Below, piece after piece: positions 26,600 through 36,313 of a DNA stretch of 64,000 nucleotides. The notes beneath the pieces were generated by a model that ran no database searches, was not told where the DNA came from, and saw only the letters and a program-made list of their open reading frames with translations. The stretch is from Coniocarpon cinnabarinum (Eukaryota): contig JAVECO010000009.1 of NCBI GenBank assembly GCA_051942205.1, positions 62,001 to 126,000 on the forward strand. The letters run 5' to 3'. The translations under genes were made by a program, and so were the position numbers. How positions within the stretch are numbered: the first letter of the stretch is position 1; every line of letters starts with the position of its first letter.

Positions 26600-26610
26600 G
26601 GACTCGAACG
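26600..26610 (-). promoter_or_regulatory. Pol III B-box-like element, downstream of the candidate ncRNA
   Basis: Minus strand CGTTCGAGTCC versus consensus GGTTCGANTCC, 20 nt past the 3' stem. Confidence 0.6.
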
Positions 26611-26616
26611 CATGAC

Positions 26617-26630
26617 AAAAAGGCAAAAAA
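26617..26630 (-). terminator. Pol III oligo-T terminator (T6 followed by T5)
   Basis: Minus strand ...GCGCCAAC TTTTTT GCC TTTTT immediately after the closing stem. Confidence 0.6.
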
Positions 26631-26855
26631 GTTGGCGCAGTGCAGGACCCACGTTAGCATGCTGGTGGCTCTAGGCAAAGTCTTAGAAACCCCCTCACAG
26701 TCCCAATGGATCTGGTCGGCGGAGGAATCGACCCCGGTGCCACCCGCCCCAGTGACACCCAATGCTGTTCGAGAGTGGGCAAGCGTTCGTGACTTATCCC
26801 CGTGTGAGCCTTCAAGGCTCTAGGGCGAACGTTGATATTGTACTACTGCGCCAAC
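26631..26855 (-). ncRNA. Candidate structured Pol III ncRNA (225 nt), family unassigned
   Basis: Perfect 11-bp terminal stem GTTGGCGCAGT/ACTGCGCCAAC, several nested internal helices, A-box-like TGGCGCAGTAG at the 5' end, TATA upstream, T6 directly downstream. Confidence 0.6.
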
Positions 26856-26877
26856 GAAAGGGTCTATGAGAATAAAA

Positions 26878-26887
26878 TATATAAATA
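26878..26887 (-). promoter_or_regulatory. TATA element about 25-32 nt upstream of the candidate ncRNA
   Basis: Minus strand TATTTATATA. Confidence 0.55.
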
Positions 26888-27279
26888 CACCTTTAAAAAA
26901 AAGGCCCTGCCTCTTACCTGAAATTTGAGGCTACTGCACTGCAAAGCAAATCTCCTCATCACGCACAACAGCATTGATTTATACAATTTTGAGCATACAC
27001 ATTTCGTAGATATTAAGCTCTTGAACGCTTGGGGCTAACAGGCGACAATGAAATCTGCACTTACTGCTCTGAGAGTCTCGTCATCGGCCGCAACAGGAGT
27101 AGTACGGAGGGTAGTCCGCAGACTCGAGCAGCATGTCCTGGGAAACGACGCTCGACTTTCCAATGGAATTGCCACTGAGGACGGTCCCTCTCGATTATGG
27201 TTCCAAAGAATGAGGCGCATCTGCATTGGTGTCAGTGTTGGCTTCGTCGTGTTGCCATCGGCATCGAAAACGTGAGTCT

Positions 27280-28750
27280 ATCGAATGCCGCAACGAGCTT
27301 CATTCACTAATCTTGGGCAGAGGACTCCTGCGCTTACGCTACACTCTCCAGCGTCAGACATTGAATCAAATACGGCGATAAATACAAGGGCGCAAAGCGT
27401 CGCGAAGCAATCCATTCCGGATTTCGCCTCACCGGACGCCACTACATGCGGCGTTCCAATCAGCAAAGCCAATCTGCGTTCGCAGCGGGTTTTCCAGTGC
27501 CTCACATCCGAATCGCTTCCCTTGTTCATGACTGGACGTTGGGCCACACCACAAAGAGCCGCACCATCGTCTCAGACCTAGCAAGATGTCTCACAGGGCG
27601 CCAAAACAGCTTCTGAAGACCGGAGGCTCATGATCGGAAGGATTGAAAGAAGACCGTGAAAGCAACTTGTCACAACGGTGACGTTGATATTGTAAAGGGG
27701 ATAGGGACGGGCATCGCCAGCTATTTCAAGTTGGAACAGCGGAAGATGGGCTATGAGATCGGTCTTCTGTGCACCACGAGAGTCGATCCATACCGTACAA
27801 AGGGGCAGCAACATCAGAACGGACTAACGAGTAATGGCGTTTCGACAGGAACAGCAGCAATATCCAAGATGCAACAGCTCAGGCCGTAGCAGAGAGGCAG
27901 CAAGAGCAGCAGCAGTGGCATCGGCGCAGGCAGGCAGGTAGGCAGGCAGGCATTCGAGTTTGGCGAGTGTTCTGATGGAATGAAAAGTTTCGACATACCT
28001 TGAGAAAGATGAAGCTTTTGGCTATAAGCATGACATCGTGACTGAGAATATCCATTGAGATCGAACCAACAGAGGCCGGATTGACTGCTCTTCGTCATGA
28101 GCGGGCCGCTTCGTATGATGAGAGACGCCATCATCATCTCATGGTGCTGAGCAACGGCGCTTGTAAGAGAGCTCGAGAGGGGCGTTGTCGCGTGGACCGG
28201 GAATCTCTTTGACTCCGTCACACGCCTAGTCATCACACGCACGATTCGAAATGACAGATGTGTTTGGGTCGATCCATCGCTGTGATTCAAAACAAGATCT
28301 GACCGCAAAGGTTTTGCATCTTGATGTCGTTGATGCGTGGCTGTTGAAGTCGATTACTGCATGGTGAGCAAGTCCAACGCTGGGCACTTGGCTGCAAGAC
28401 ATCCAGAGGCTTCAGGCATAGTCCATGTCCAGCCTGACTCCAGAGAAAGAGGCCATTGTAGTCGGGTAGGCAGGCGTTCGCATTATATCTGACAAAGAAT
28501 AAACACTCCTGATGGTTTCCAGGATGTACGAGGACAGTATGTTGCTGCAGCGCCAGGAGTATGCGTCCAGTGCTATACGCTTCTGATGAAATCACCAAAC
28601 CGATATCGAAGACCAACAGGTTATGGGAGAATGAAGCGAAAGCTTGCGATGTCTTCCAGAAGGCTAAGGGGGGAAACAGGAGACCAGACGAATTCATTAC
28701 CGAGGGCAAGATATCGATCAAATCCTCACCAAGTTCCCTATTCGGCAAAT
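27280..28750 (-). pseudogene. Decayed coding remnant, possibly ankyrin-repeat
   Basis: Broken ORFs with ankyrin-like fragments (FVRYNANACLPDYNG; MNKGSDSDVRHWKT...TPHVVASG); many stops and frame changes. Confidence 0.25.
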
Positions 28751-30312
28751 GTAGATCGCTTGGCGATCAACCTAAATATTCCCACCCTTTCAACTTTCAC
28801 GGCAAGGACTCAAGCTATCGCACTTTCATCAATGCCACGCCACGATGCCAACGTTGTCGCTAACGCAAACCTTTTAAAGTCATGACTGTGTAATTCCTTT
28901 ATCAGATGCTGCAAATCGCAGCGGTCTCATACCTTGGTGGGAGGTAAGTGTGGCGTGCGAAACCTCTACGGATGCCATGTAACTCCGTCCAGCCAGCACG
29001 GGCACTACTAGATAGGACTTTGACCTGGGCCTGCGTCTCTTCATGCGATTTCTGTCTGAATGTGTTGCGAATCAGTCTTCATTCTGCAAAGAGGGGCGTT
29101 AGACGGCTCGCCAATCCAACCAGGTCTGCAAGAATCTCCGAAGCCAACGCAAGTCTTCAACACAGCATTGTGCTCACTGTCCTCTAGCTCTGCAACAAGC
29201 CAATGATTGCCATCCTACTTCGTAGTGCCTCTGTGCTCTTGAACCTGGGCCTCATCTCCCCCATCCCTATCTTTTTTCGCTTCTCTTATTGGGTCATGCG
29301 TGGATCTCATCACAGCGAGCTTGATCATAAGAGGATATGGCTCCATCAACGCTTTCGCATCATTCTCGTCCCGGATCTTAGAGTCTGGTGCGATTCTAAG
29401 CTCTTTCCAAGGACAATAATAGCCATGCGCTGGTATTCCAATCCCTCCGAAGTGTCCCTTCAATTTTTCAAACGAGGTCGATTCTGTAAAAGCCGCTTTC
29501 GACCCTCCTGTTCACCGACAGACATGATCCAACTAGTCGTTACTACGAAAATCCCCACACCTCCTAGCAATGTTCTGGTCAATGCCACAGGTATCGACCG
29601 TGTCAATTGGGTAGCTGTGAGTTAATGCGCAAGCTCATCATGTAGTCGCCAGACATGTGGGACCTTGCGAAAATGATCTCTTGTCGTTCTTTAGACATAG
29701 TATTCCGCGCTCGCGTACGCTGCAGCAGCAGCTGATCCAGCAATCTGTCCGCACCAAACATATGGCCTCTTAGTAAAGAACGAATCCATCTCCACCTCTC
29801 CTATATCTTTCTCGAGGAGCGGAAAGGGTGGTTGACCCCATGAAGAGTTATTAGTATGATTCCAAGGTGGACTTGGGAAATTGAAACCAGATATTGCCAT
29901 TCTGATAACGAGGTTACGCTCGAGAGTCAAGTGCGAGAATACCGGGTGAAGTAGTGGGAATGTCCGTGAGTCCATCGAGCTCCCCACGGACCCCCTTGCC
30001 CTTGCATGCTCGCGTTACACACAGAGTAACTCAAAGATTGAATTCCCTATGCCAAGCCAGTTGGTACTTGGACGTAGTACGAACATTTTGCGAGTCTCTC
30101 TGTTATCATTCTCAAACACTTTGAGATGCTCGTCAAATTTCTCCCATGTCATTAATCTAGTCCAAGATTTCAACGACCCTGCTGCTTACGAGCCTTCGAG
30201 ACCACTCAAGTGAAAGACCTGTTGACACTCGACATTCCCCAAAAGACCTTGAAAGTTGCATATGCGCGCTGATTCCTTTGGCACAGAGATGGCGCCTAGT
30301 CCTGCTCATCAT

Positions 30313-30897
30313 TCAAAGCGTTCGGCGGCGGTTCATTCTCCTTCTCATTGCAGCAAGCTCAGCCAGCGCGTCAACACTGCATATCAATAGGGATGCGTCC
30401 ACTACATCTTGAGTACGGCTGTTGCGCATTTCCAGCATAGCTGTTCCTGAGAGGTAGGATGGCAGGGGCGCCAATATTGACGAACTGGCGAAGTGACGTC
30501 TGAGCCTTGTAAAGCACGCATGATCTTGCAGCAGGATTCTTGGACCAACCCAACAGTTGCCACAAACAATACCCAAGAAAGTAGAGACAATGAATATGCT
30601 GACACCCGTAGAACTGGTCGTTGTGACTACCCGCAAAGTAGACGCCGCTGTGCAAGCTTCTCTGTGAGTCTTGGCGAAGTCGACGTCCCGATTATACGTT
30701 GGCCGTGCGACGCGAATAAAGTTTGCCATTGCTCGAAGGGACCGATGTCGTCGGACACTGAAGATCACGCTCAGACAAACGCCGATTGTCGTCCCGGCAG
30801 TATTGTAGTTTTTACTAGCTGTAAGGGCACGATGCAGGTGTCGAAAGTCATGCTCGGTAGGCGAACTACCAGGTGACCCAATTGAATTTGAATCCAT
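30313..30897 (-). CDS. Hypothetical protein with two hydrophobic segments
   Basis: Uninterrupted ~194-aa ORF from ATG 30897; GTTIGVCLSVIFSVRR and GVSIFIVSTFLGIVCG look like TM helices; no firm family. Confidence 0.4.
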   Translation of the reverse strand: MDSNSIGSPGSSPTEHDFRHLHRALTASKNYNTAGTTIGVCLSVIFSVRRHRSLRAMANFIRVARPTYNRDVDFAKTHREACTAASTLRVVTTTSSTGVSIFIVSTFLGIVCGNCWVGPRILLQDHACFTRLRRHFASSSILAPLPSYLSGTAMLEMRNSRTQDVVDASLLICSVDALAELAAMRRRMNRRRTL

Positions 30898-31659
30898 GGC
30901 GATACATGAAAAGCATTCAAAAGGGACGTGATCGGGCATTTAATTATTTATGTATATCCTGTGATGTTGCACCAACATTCCGCACTCTGCATCACTGTCC
31001 CTCTTCATACGGATCTGCCTGTCACACAACATCTCCGCCCACGTTCCGCCCAGCGGAGACTGTCAGAAAGCATTGCGTTGGCTACATACACAGCGCAACT
31101 TGACTGGTGCCGCGATCAGGCTGAGCCGGGCGATCATAACGCATGCTGACTGGCGGGCCGAGGGCCAATGGTCAGCAATGACGGCACAGGAGCATGGACT
31201 TCATATTGGACGTTCTGTGCATGCTGTGGACTTCATGAACACGACGATCAAAACCTCAGCATCTTCGAAAGAACACACGTGACATATCACAGCCTGGAGA
31301 GGTTCTGTGAGCAGCAAAGTTTAGCCCGGGTTACGCAGCGCCAAGAAGATGGACGTCACTGGGCGATCGCGATCCTCTGGAAGGTCCCTCTTCCGAGCTT
31401 CCGACGACGATCAGCAATACGAACCTGACCGCGCTGTGCGCTCTTTTGGTTGCGCAATCGCGGGTCGTGAGACATGAGGGCATTGCCACAGACGTGACGC
31501 CGCTTGTATGCTGACGAGGCTTCCTTTAACTACTCGACTTCAGTCCAGGATCCTCTATTTGCAATCTCCGACGCTTCCGAGTAGAGGCACGCGACAAGCG
31601 CTCGACCTGCAACACCCAGTACTCGAGGACGAGCAGCAGAGGTTCTCTTACCCGTCAAG

Positions 31660-32664
31660 ATGATTCACTTTGGGCACAAGTTCTACTGGTTAATACCGCT
31701 CTTCTCGGCCATCGTATGGCTCGGTATGATGTCCTGGACCGTTCGTGGCGTCGTGGATGCTAACAGATCTCTAGGAATGTTGCTGGGCCTCCTGCTATAT
31801 TGGCTCGTTGACGCCGACAGCGTGCACTATAACTCGATGGACCCAGATCAACGCATCGCATTCATCTCGGGTACGTTGAGTTCCTCCAGCTGCGTATAAG
31901 TGCCTTGCTTATCACCGCGTAGATGTGGGCGCGTCCAAGCTCAAGCCTCTCTTCATCGCCGGCAGCACGACCATGGTGGTCACACTGGACCTCTCATTGA
32001 TCCTCGAGCGGTGGTTGCGACATTCCGGCCGGCTGGCACCCAACACGACGTGGCTAGAAAAGGGTCTCTCGCTTGTTGCTATCGTCGCAGCCATTGCGGG
32101 TGCCATTGGCATCATTCTCCTGTCTATTTATGACACAGCGCACTACCCCAAAATGCACGATCGCTGTCTAGGAGTCTTCATGTGAGTCAGGTTTCCCAAG
32201 GGACTCAGCGCCACAATCTTACTGACTTTGACAGCGTTGGTTACCTCATCAGCGCCATTGCCATCTGCGCAGAGTTTCAAAGACTTGGTGTCAAGTATCG
32301 CCAGCACATCACACTTCGTTTCTCCTTCTGGTTCAAGCTGTTCTTCATCATTGTTGAGATCGCGCTCGCGATACCGTTTGGCGTCTTCAACACCAAAGAC
32401 ACGCACATCAACGCAGGTGCTGTGTTGGAATGGGTCATTGCCCTAATCTTCACTGGCTACATCTTCTCCTTCATGGTCGACCTGATCCCGGCCCTCAGAA
32501 ATCACTCGATGCAAAGTCATTACACGGACCGGAAGTCGATTAGTAGCGAGTTTGCCGGTAAGACCGACTCAGAATATTATGGTGGCCATCCAAATACGAC
32601 ATACCAGGCTACGGCAGAGGGTAATCGTGCATCTGGCTACAGACAGGCCCCTGCGCATTTTTAG
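31660..32664 (+). CDS. SFK1: Frag1/DRAM/Sfk1-family membrane protein, 4 exons
   Basis: Introns 31724-31774, 31871-31922 and 32182-32234 all splice in frame; IAFISDVGA..LKPLFIAG, LLSIYDT..YP.MH and AVLEWVIALIF motifs. Confidence 0.88.
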
Positions 32665-32895
32665 CAATTTGCAACATATTTTGAAAGCCAGACATGTGAG
32701 GGAAGCTGCACCCCGTCTCAGTTCAAGCATGGAGTTAGGGAATATTTATAGATGTCATGCTGTTACGGGATCAGCATCTGCGTTGTACATATCATGAATA
32801 GCACATCTGAAAAGTGCGGTCTCACAGCAAAGTCTTCTTGAACGACTCGATGCGATATTCATACACCGCCAATGCAACGCCCTCGCTATGATAGC

Positions 32896-33610
32896 CTAAT
32901 CCTGTCTCCCCTTCAACAACCTCTTCGTCACCTTGTCCTTCTCAATCACATACACATACGCCCCCCATCCACTCAACGCATCTCTATCCACAGCACTCAG
33001 CAGCGCCTGACTGATCGTCTCGAACAGCTCATCCGACCCCAAACCCTCCTCCCACAACCCTTCACACGTCCCAAACAACTGATCATCCGCCGTCCCCGCG
33101 ACGATAAAATCCTTCGCATAATCGATACATCCAATACTGTCAAACCCACAGATGAACGGATCCCCCGTCTTGCCATCCAGACCCGCAACAACCGGACTCA
33201 CAAACCACGGCCCAAATCTCTTCTCATACAAACTCGTAGAGATGAGCTGCGCGAACGTCTTCGGTGAAATGGAGCGTTCCTCCCGCAAGCGGTAGAGATT
33301 CGTCTTATACCGCAACGTGTCGTGCACCGTGTTGATGTCCGTAGCGAGGCCCGTGAGACCGAGGTAGACGGTTGGCGTGGACGCGGCGGGCGTCGAGGGC
33401 GAGGTGGTGGGCGAGGAGAAGGAGAAGACCTTGGGGAAGTTGTTGGAGATCGTGAGGGATTGCATGCCGAGACGGAGGTCGCAGGCGATGGCGACGCAGT
33501 TTTTGCCGGTCATGGCGACGCAGGCGCCGCCGTTGATTTGGAAGGGGTTGGACTGGGGAGCACTGTTAGCTGATGTTGGGAGATGATGGTTGCGGAGGTT
33601 GACGGACCAT
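32896..33610 (-). CDS. PUP3: 20S proteasome subunit beta-3, 2 exons
   Basis: ATG at 33610-33608, then intron 33607..33553 (GTCCGT...CTAAC...CAG), then SNPFQINGGACVAMTGKNCVAIACDLRLG...LYEKRFGPWFVSPVVAG...AVDRDALSGWGA...RLLKGRQD. Confidence 0.97.
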
Positions 33611-34048
33611 GACTGCGGTCCAGATGAAGAGTCGGAGAGGTGTGCTATCTCATGAGACCCAGGTATCCGTGGTCGACGGGCGAAAATGATTGATGCACAC
33701 GCTATCTCGGGTCCCAATGAACGCAGTCGTTGTCTTTTGCTTTGGTAACGGTGACGAGCTGGTGCAGGCGGAAGAGCTGTCGCGTTGGCGGAATGGAAAT
33801 TACTATATAGAGCAAGACCTGTATATACGTGGATAATGCGGCCAAGATACCAGTCTATCATGTTTTTTCCAAACATAGCCATACGCGGCACTCGCCCCCA
33901 GAACTACATTTTGCTCCATCCCGTACACGTTCCCAATGACAGAAAGATTAACTCTTCGGAAGAATGCACCGACGATTGGTAGAAGAATGAGGATTAGGCT
34001 CTGTTCGCCGCTCCGAGGTCGCTAATGGTGAAAGAACTCGACTAGCAT

Positions 34049-34068
34049 CTTCTAGAACATGCTCGAAG
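34049..34068. promoter_or_regulatory. Heat shock element-like motif
   Basis: TTCtaGAAcaTGCtcGAA (nGAAn inverted array, one imperfect unit), ~290 nt upstream of the Hsp20 ATG. Confidence 0.55.
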
Positions 34069-34351
34069 CCACGCGATGAACCACGTAAACACTGGCGCCT
34101 GCGAGCTTATGTAAATGATAGAACATCCCAGCAGCGTCCAGGTAATCCACAAGCATATCATGATATCTATAAAACACTTCTGTTTTTTCCTTGTCTTCCT
34201 GTGTCTTCATCATCGACATCACTCCAGAATCAAGCACACTCTTCCATTAAGACATCCAGTCAGACATACGCCAGCAGATATCACCTAGCAAAGTTATTCC
34301 ATCATAGCTGATATCTCTCCGTTCACCAAGCCATCAATTCACAAGACGATC

Positions 34352-35179
34352 ATGTATCCCACTTATATCGTCCGCCCCACCACCTGCGCAGGCCGCCACG
34401 CCGCACGCCGCGCTTCCTCATACAGCCGCAACCTCTCGACACCTTCATTCTTCCCGCCTGCCCTCTTTGGGGCGCGTCACCATCCCTTCGTCGGCCAGTC
34501 CCCTCGCGGCCGACAAGATGTCTTCGACCACTTTGACGACTTCGTCAACCGCTCCTTCGACGGCTACTTGGCTCCGATCTTCTCTCAAGCCCAGGCCGGA
34601 AATGAGCAAGTCAAAACGTGGAACCCTCGCTTCGATGTCCGTGAAGAGGTCCAAGTCTACCGCTTGAGGGGTGAGCTTCCGGGTGTAGAAGCCCATGATC
34701 TGGAAGTCGAGTTCAGCAACGCGAATACTCTTGTCATCCGTGGCAAGACTTCCAGCGAACGCGAAGAAGGCCAGAAACCGGTCGAGAACGCTCAACAAGA
34801 CGTCAACATGACATCTTCTGACGCCAACGCCAAAGCACCCGAAGTCGAAATCAACGACGCCGCCTCCGAATCATCCTACGTCCAACCGACCGTCGAAGAC
34901 GAAGAAACCTCGAACCGCCGCGAATCAATCGGCACTGAGACCACTGCAAATGTCGCTCCCAACAAGAATCAGGATGCTGCGGCAAAGTCTCCCGAACAGC
35001 AGCAGCCCCAAAGTCGGTACTGGATCTCGGAACGTAGTACCGGGACGTTCTCCAGGACTTTCGAGTTCCCAAGTCGGGTTGATGCCGAGAATGTGAGCGC
35101 CGCTTTGAAGAATGGGATTTTGGATGTGGTGGTGCCGAAGGCTAAGGCACCTGAGGCTAAGAAGATCCAGGTCAATTAA
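34352..35179 (+). CDS. Small heat shock protein (Hsp20/alpha-crystallin, fungal Hsp30-like)
   Basis: PRFDVRE...YRLRGELPGV...TLVIRG and SERSTGTFSRTFEFPSRVDAENVSAALKNGILDVVVPK, with the long acidic insertion typical of fungal Hsp30. Confidence 0.93.
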   Translation: MYPTYIVRPTTCAGRHAARRASSYSRNLSTPSFFPPALFGARHHPFVGQSPRGRQDVFDHFDDFVNRSFDGYLAPIFSQAQAGNEQVKTWNPRFDVREEVQVYRLRGELPGVEAHDLEVEFSNANTLVIRGKTSSEREEGQKPVENAQQDVNMTSSDANAKAPEVEINDAASESSYVQPTVEDEETSNRRESIGTETTANVAPNKNQDAAAKSPEQQQPQSRYWISERSTGTFSRTFEFPSRVDAENVSAALKNGILDVVVPKAKAPEAKKIQVN

Positions 35180-35504
35180 TGTATTGATCATTTGAGATTG
35201 CATGGTATGGTAATATTGCATAGCATCGCATAGCTCAGGCGTTGGCGCATCTCGAATGGCAGGATATACTAGCGCTCTTGTGATATTAGACTAGAACGAT
35301 GTATACGAATGTATCACTCACCAATAATTTCTGTATTCTTTTTCCATCGCCTCTCGGCAACGCATGCAGCTCGTCATTGAAGTGTCCTCAGTCAGGCTGA
35401 TTTGTCACGAGACATATCATACCATCCGACCGATCACTCCCCGCCTCACTCAATGCCTCTGTCGTCAATACCTCACTCATTAGTGCGTCATCCATCCATT
35501 CAAC

Positions 35505-35753
35505 TCATCGCACATCCCTCACTCCCGCTTCACCATAGCTTTCAGCCATCCTCCGTCCCCGTCTCAGCATAAACTCCACAGCCCCGAAATCTTTTTTGTC
35601 CACTTGGCGTCCCTTCTCAAATTCACGCCGCGCGAACTGGTAAAAATGCGCTTGATTCTGTTGCGGCTTGTTGCGGATCGCGCGAAGGCAGACACGGTAG
35701 AGTGATAAGACGTCGCGTTGGAGACCTGTGAGCTTGGCTTTAGGTGCGGGCAT
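35505..35753 (-). CDS. SDH6: LYR-motif succinate dehydrogenase assembly factor 1
   Basis: LTGLQRDVLSLYRVCLR...FARREF...KKDFGAVEFMLRRGRR; 82 aa. Confidence 0.88.
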   Translation of the reverse strand: MPAPKAKLTGLQRDVLSLYRVCLRAIRNKPQQNQAHFYQFARREFEKGRQVDKKDFGAVEFMLRRGRRMAESYGEAGVRDVR

Positions 35754-36313
35754 GGACTGCGTGTAATATGGCAGAATTGAGACAGGTTGGGTTTAGATAG
35801 ATTGAAAAATAACCTTAGCTTGAATACAGTCACGTGATTCGATTCGCCTAAGACATCGGCCCGTCGTGTCTTTCTAGTAGTAGCAACCCGCAACACTAAG
35901 AAGGCAGCTGCCGGTAGTGAGCGTTGCCTAAGGGCATCATCTTACTTGCAATTCTGCTCTCATCAAGTAACAAATATTATTCACTATCTGGAATCTTCCA
36001 TGCCTAGCCTGATCGGCCTCGCATTGCGCCCTCACGAACGCCGCATTGCCATCATTCTTTTGTATCTGTGGAGTTTTCCCAAGATCTTTTTTCGCTTTTG
36101 CGAGTGGCGCCGCCAGGTCAGACAACGCAGAGAGCTTGAGACAGAGATTGATAACCTACGACGATTGAACGGGCAGCTCGAGGATCACATCAGGAGAGGA
36201 GTAGCGGGCTAGCAAGTCGACTATCTTTTCTGGTTCCGCTTTCGTCTTCCCCACCGTCGAGGAGCTGTACTTGAAGGGCATTTCCTATTCGAAGTCGAGT
36301 ACCGAGTGCCGTC

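Noticed and set aside
26631..26855. Assignment of the candidate RNA to RNase P/MRP, SRP, telomerase RNA, tRNA or an HDV-like ribozyme
   Set aside because: No canonical GGAAAnUC/GAAAGUCCCC and matching 3' P4 strands (only a loose GATAAGTCACG...AACGTGG resemblance), no SRP helix-8 or Alu start, no CUAACCC template, no cloverleaf, and the GCTAA motif lacks a consistent HDV P1/P3 topology. A covariance-model search is still needed
26631..26855. MITE with 11-bp terminal inverted repeats
   Set aside because: No target-site duplication is visible, and the strand-specific TATA/T6/B-box arrangement fits a Pol III gene better; not fully excluded without copy-number data
26912..26921. CTTACCTG, resembling the U1 snRNA 5' end
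   Set aside because: No U1 stem-loops or Sm site follow
33611..33891. N-terminal extension of PUP3 in the 331-aa ORF
   Set aside because: Read-through of promoter and intron; the true start is the ATG at 33610 followed by an intron
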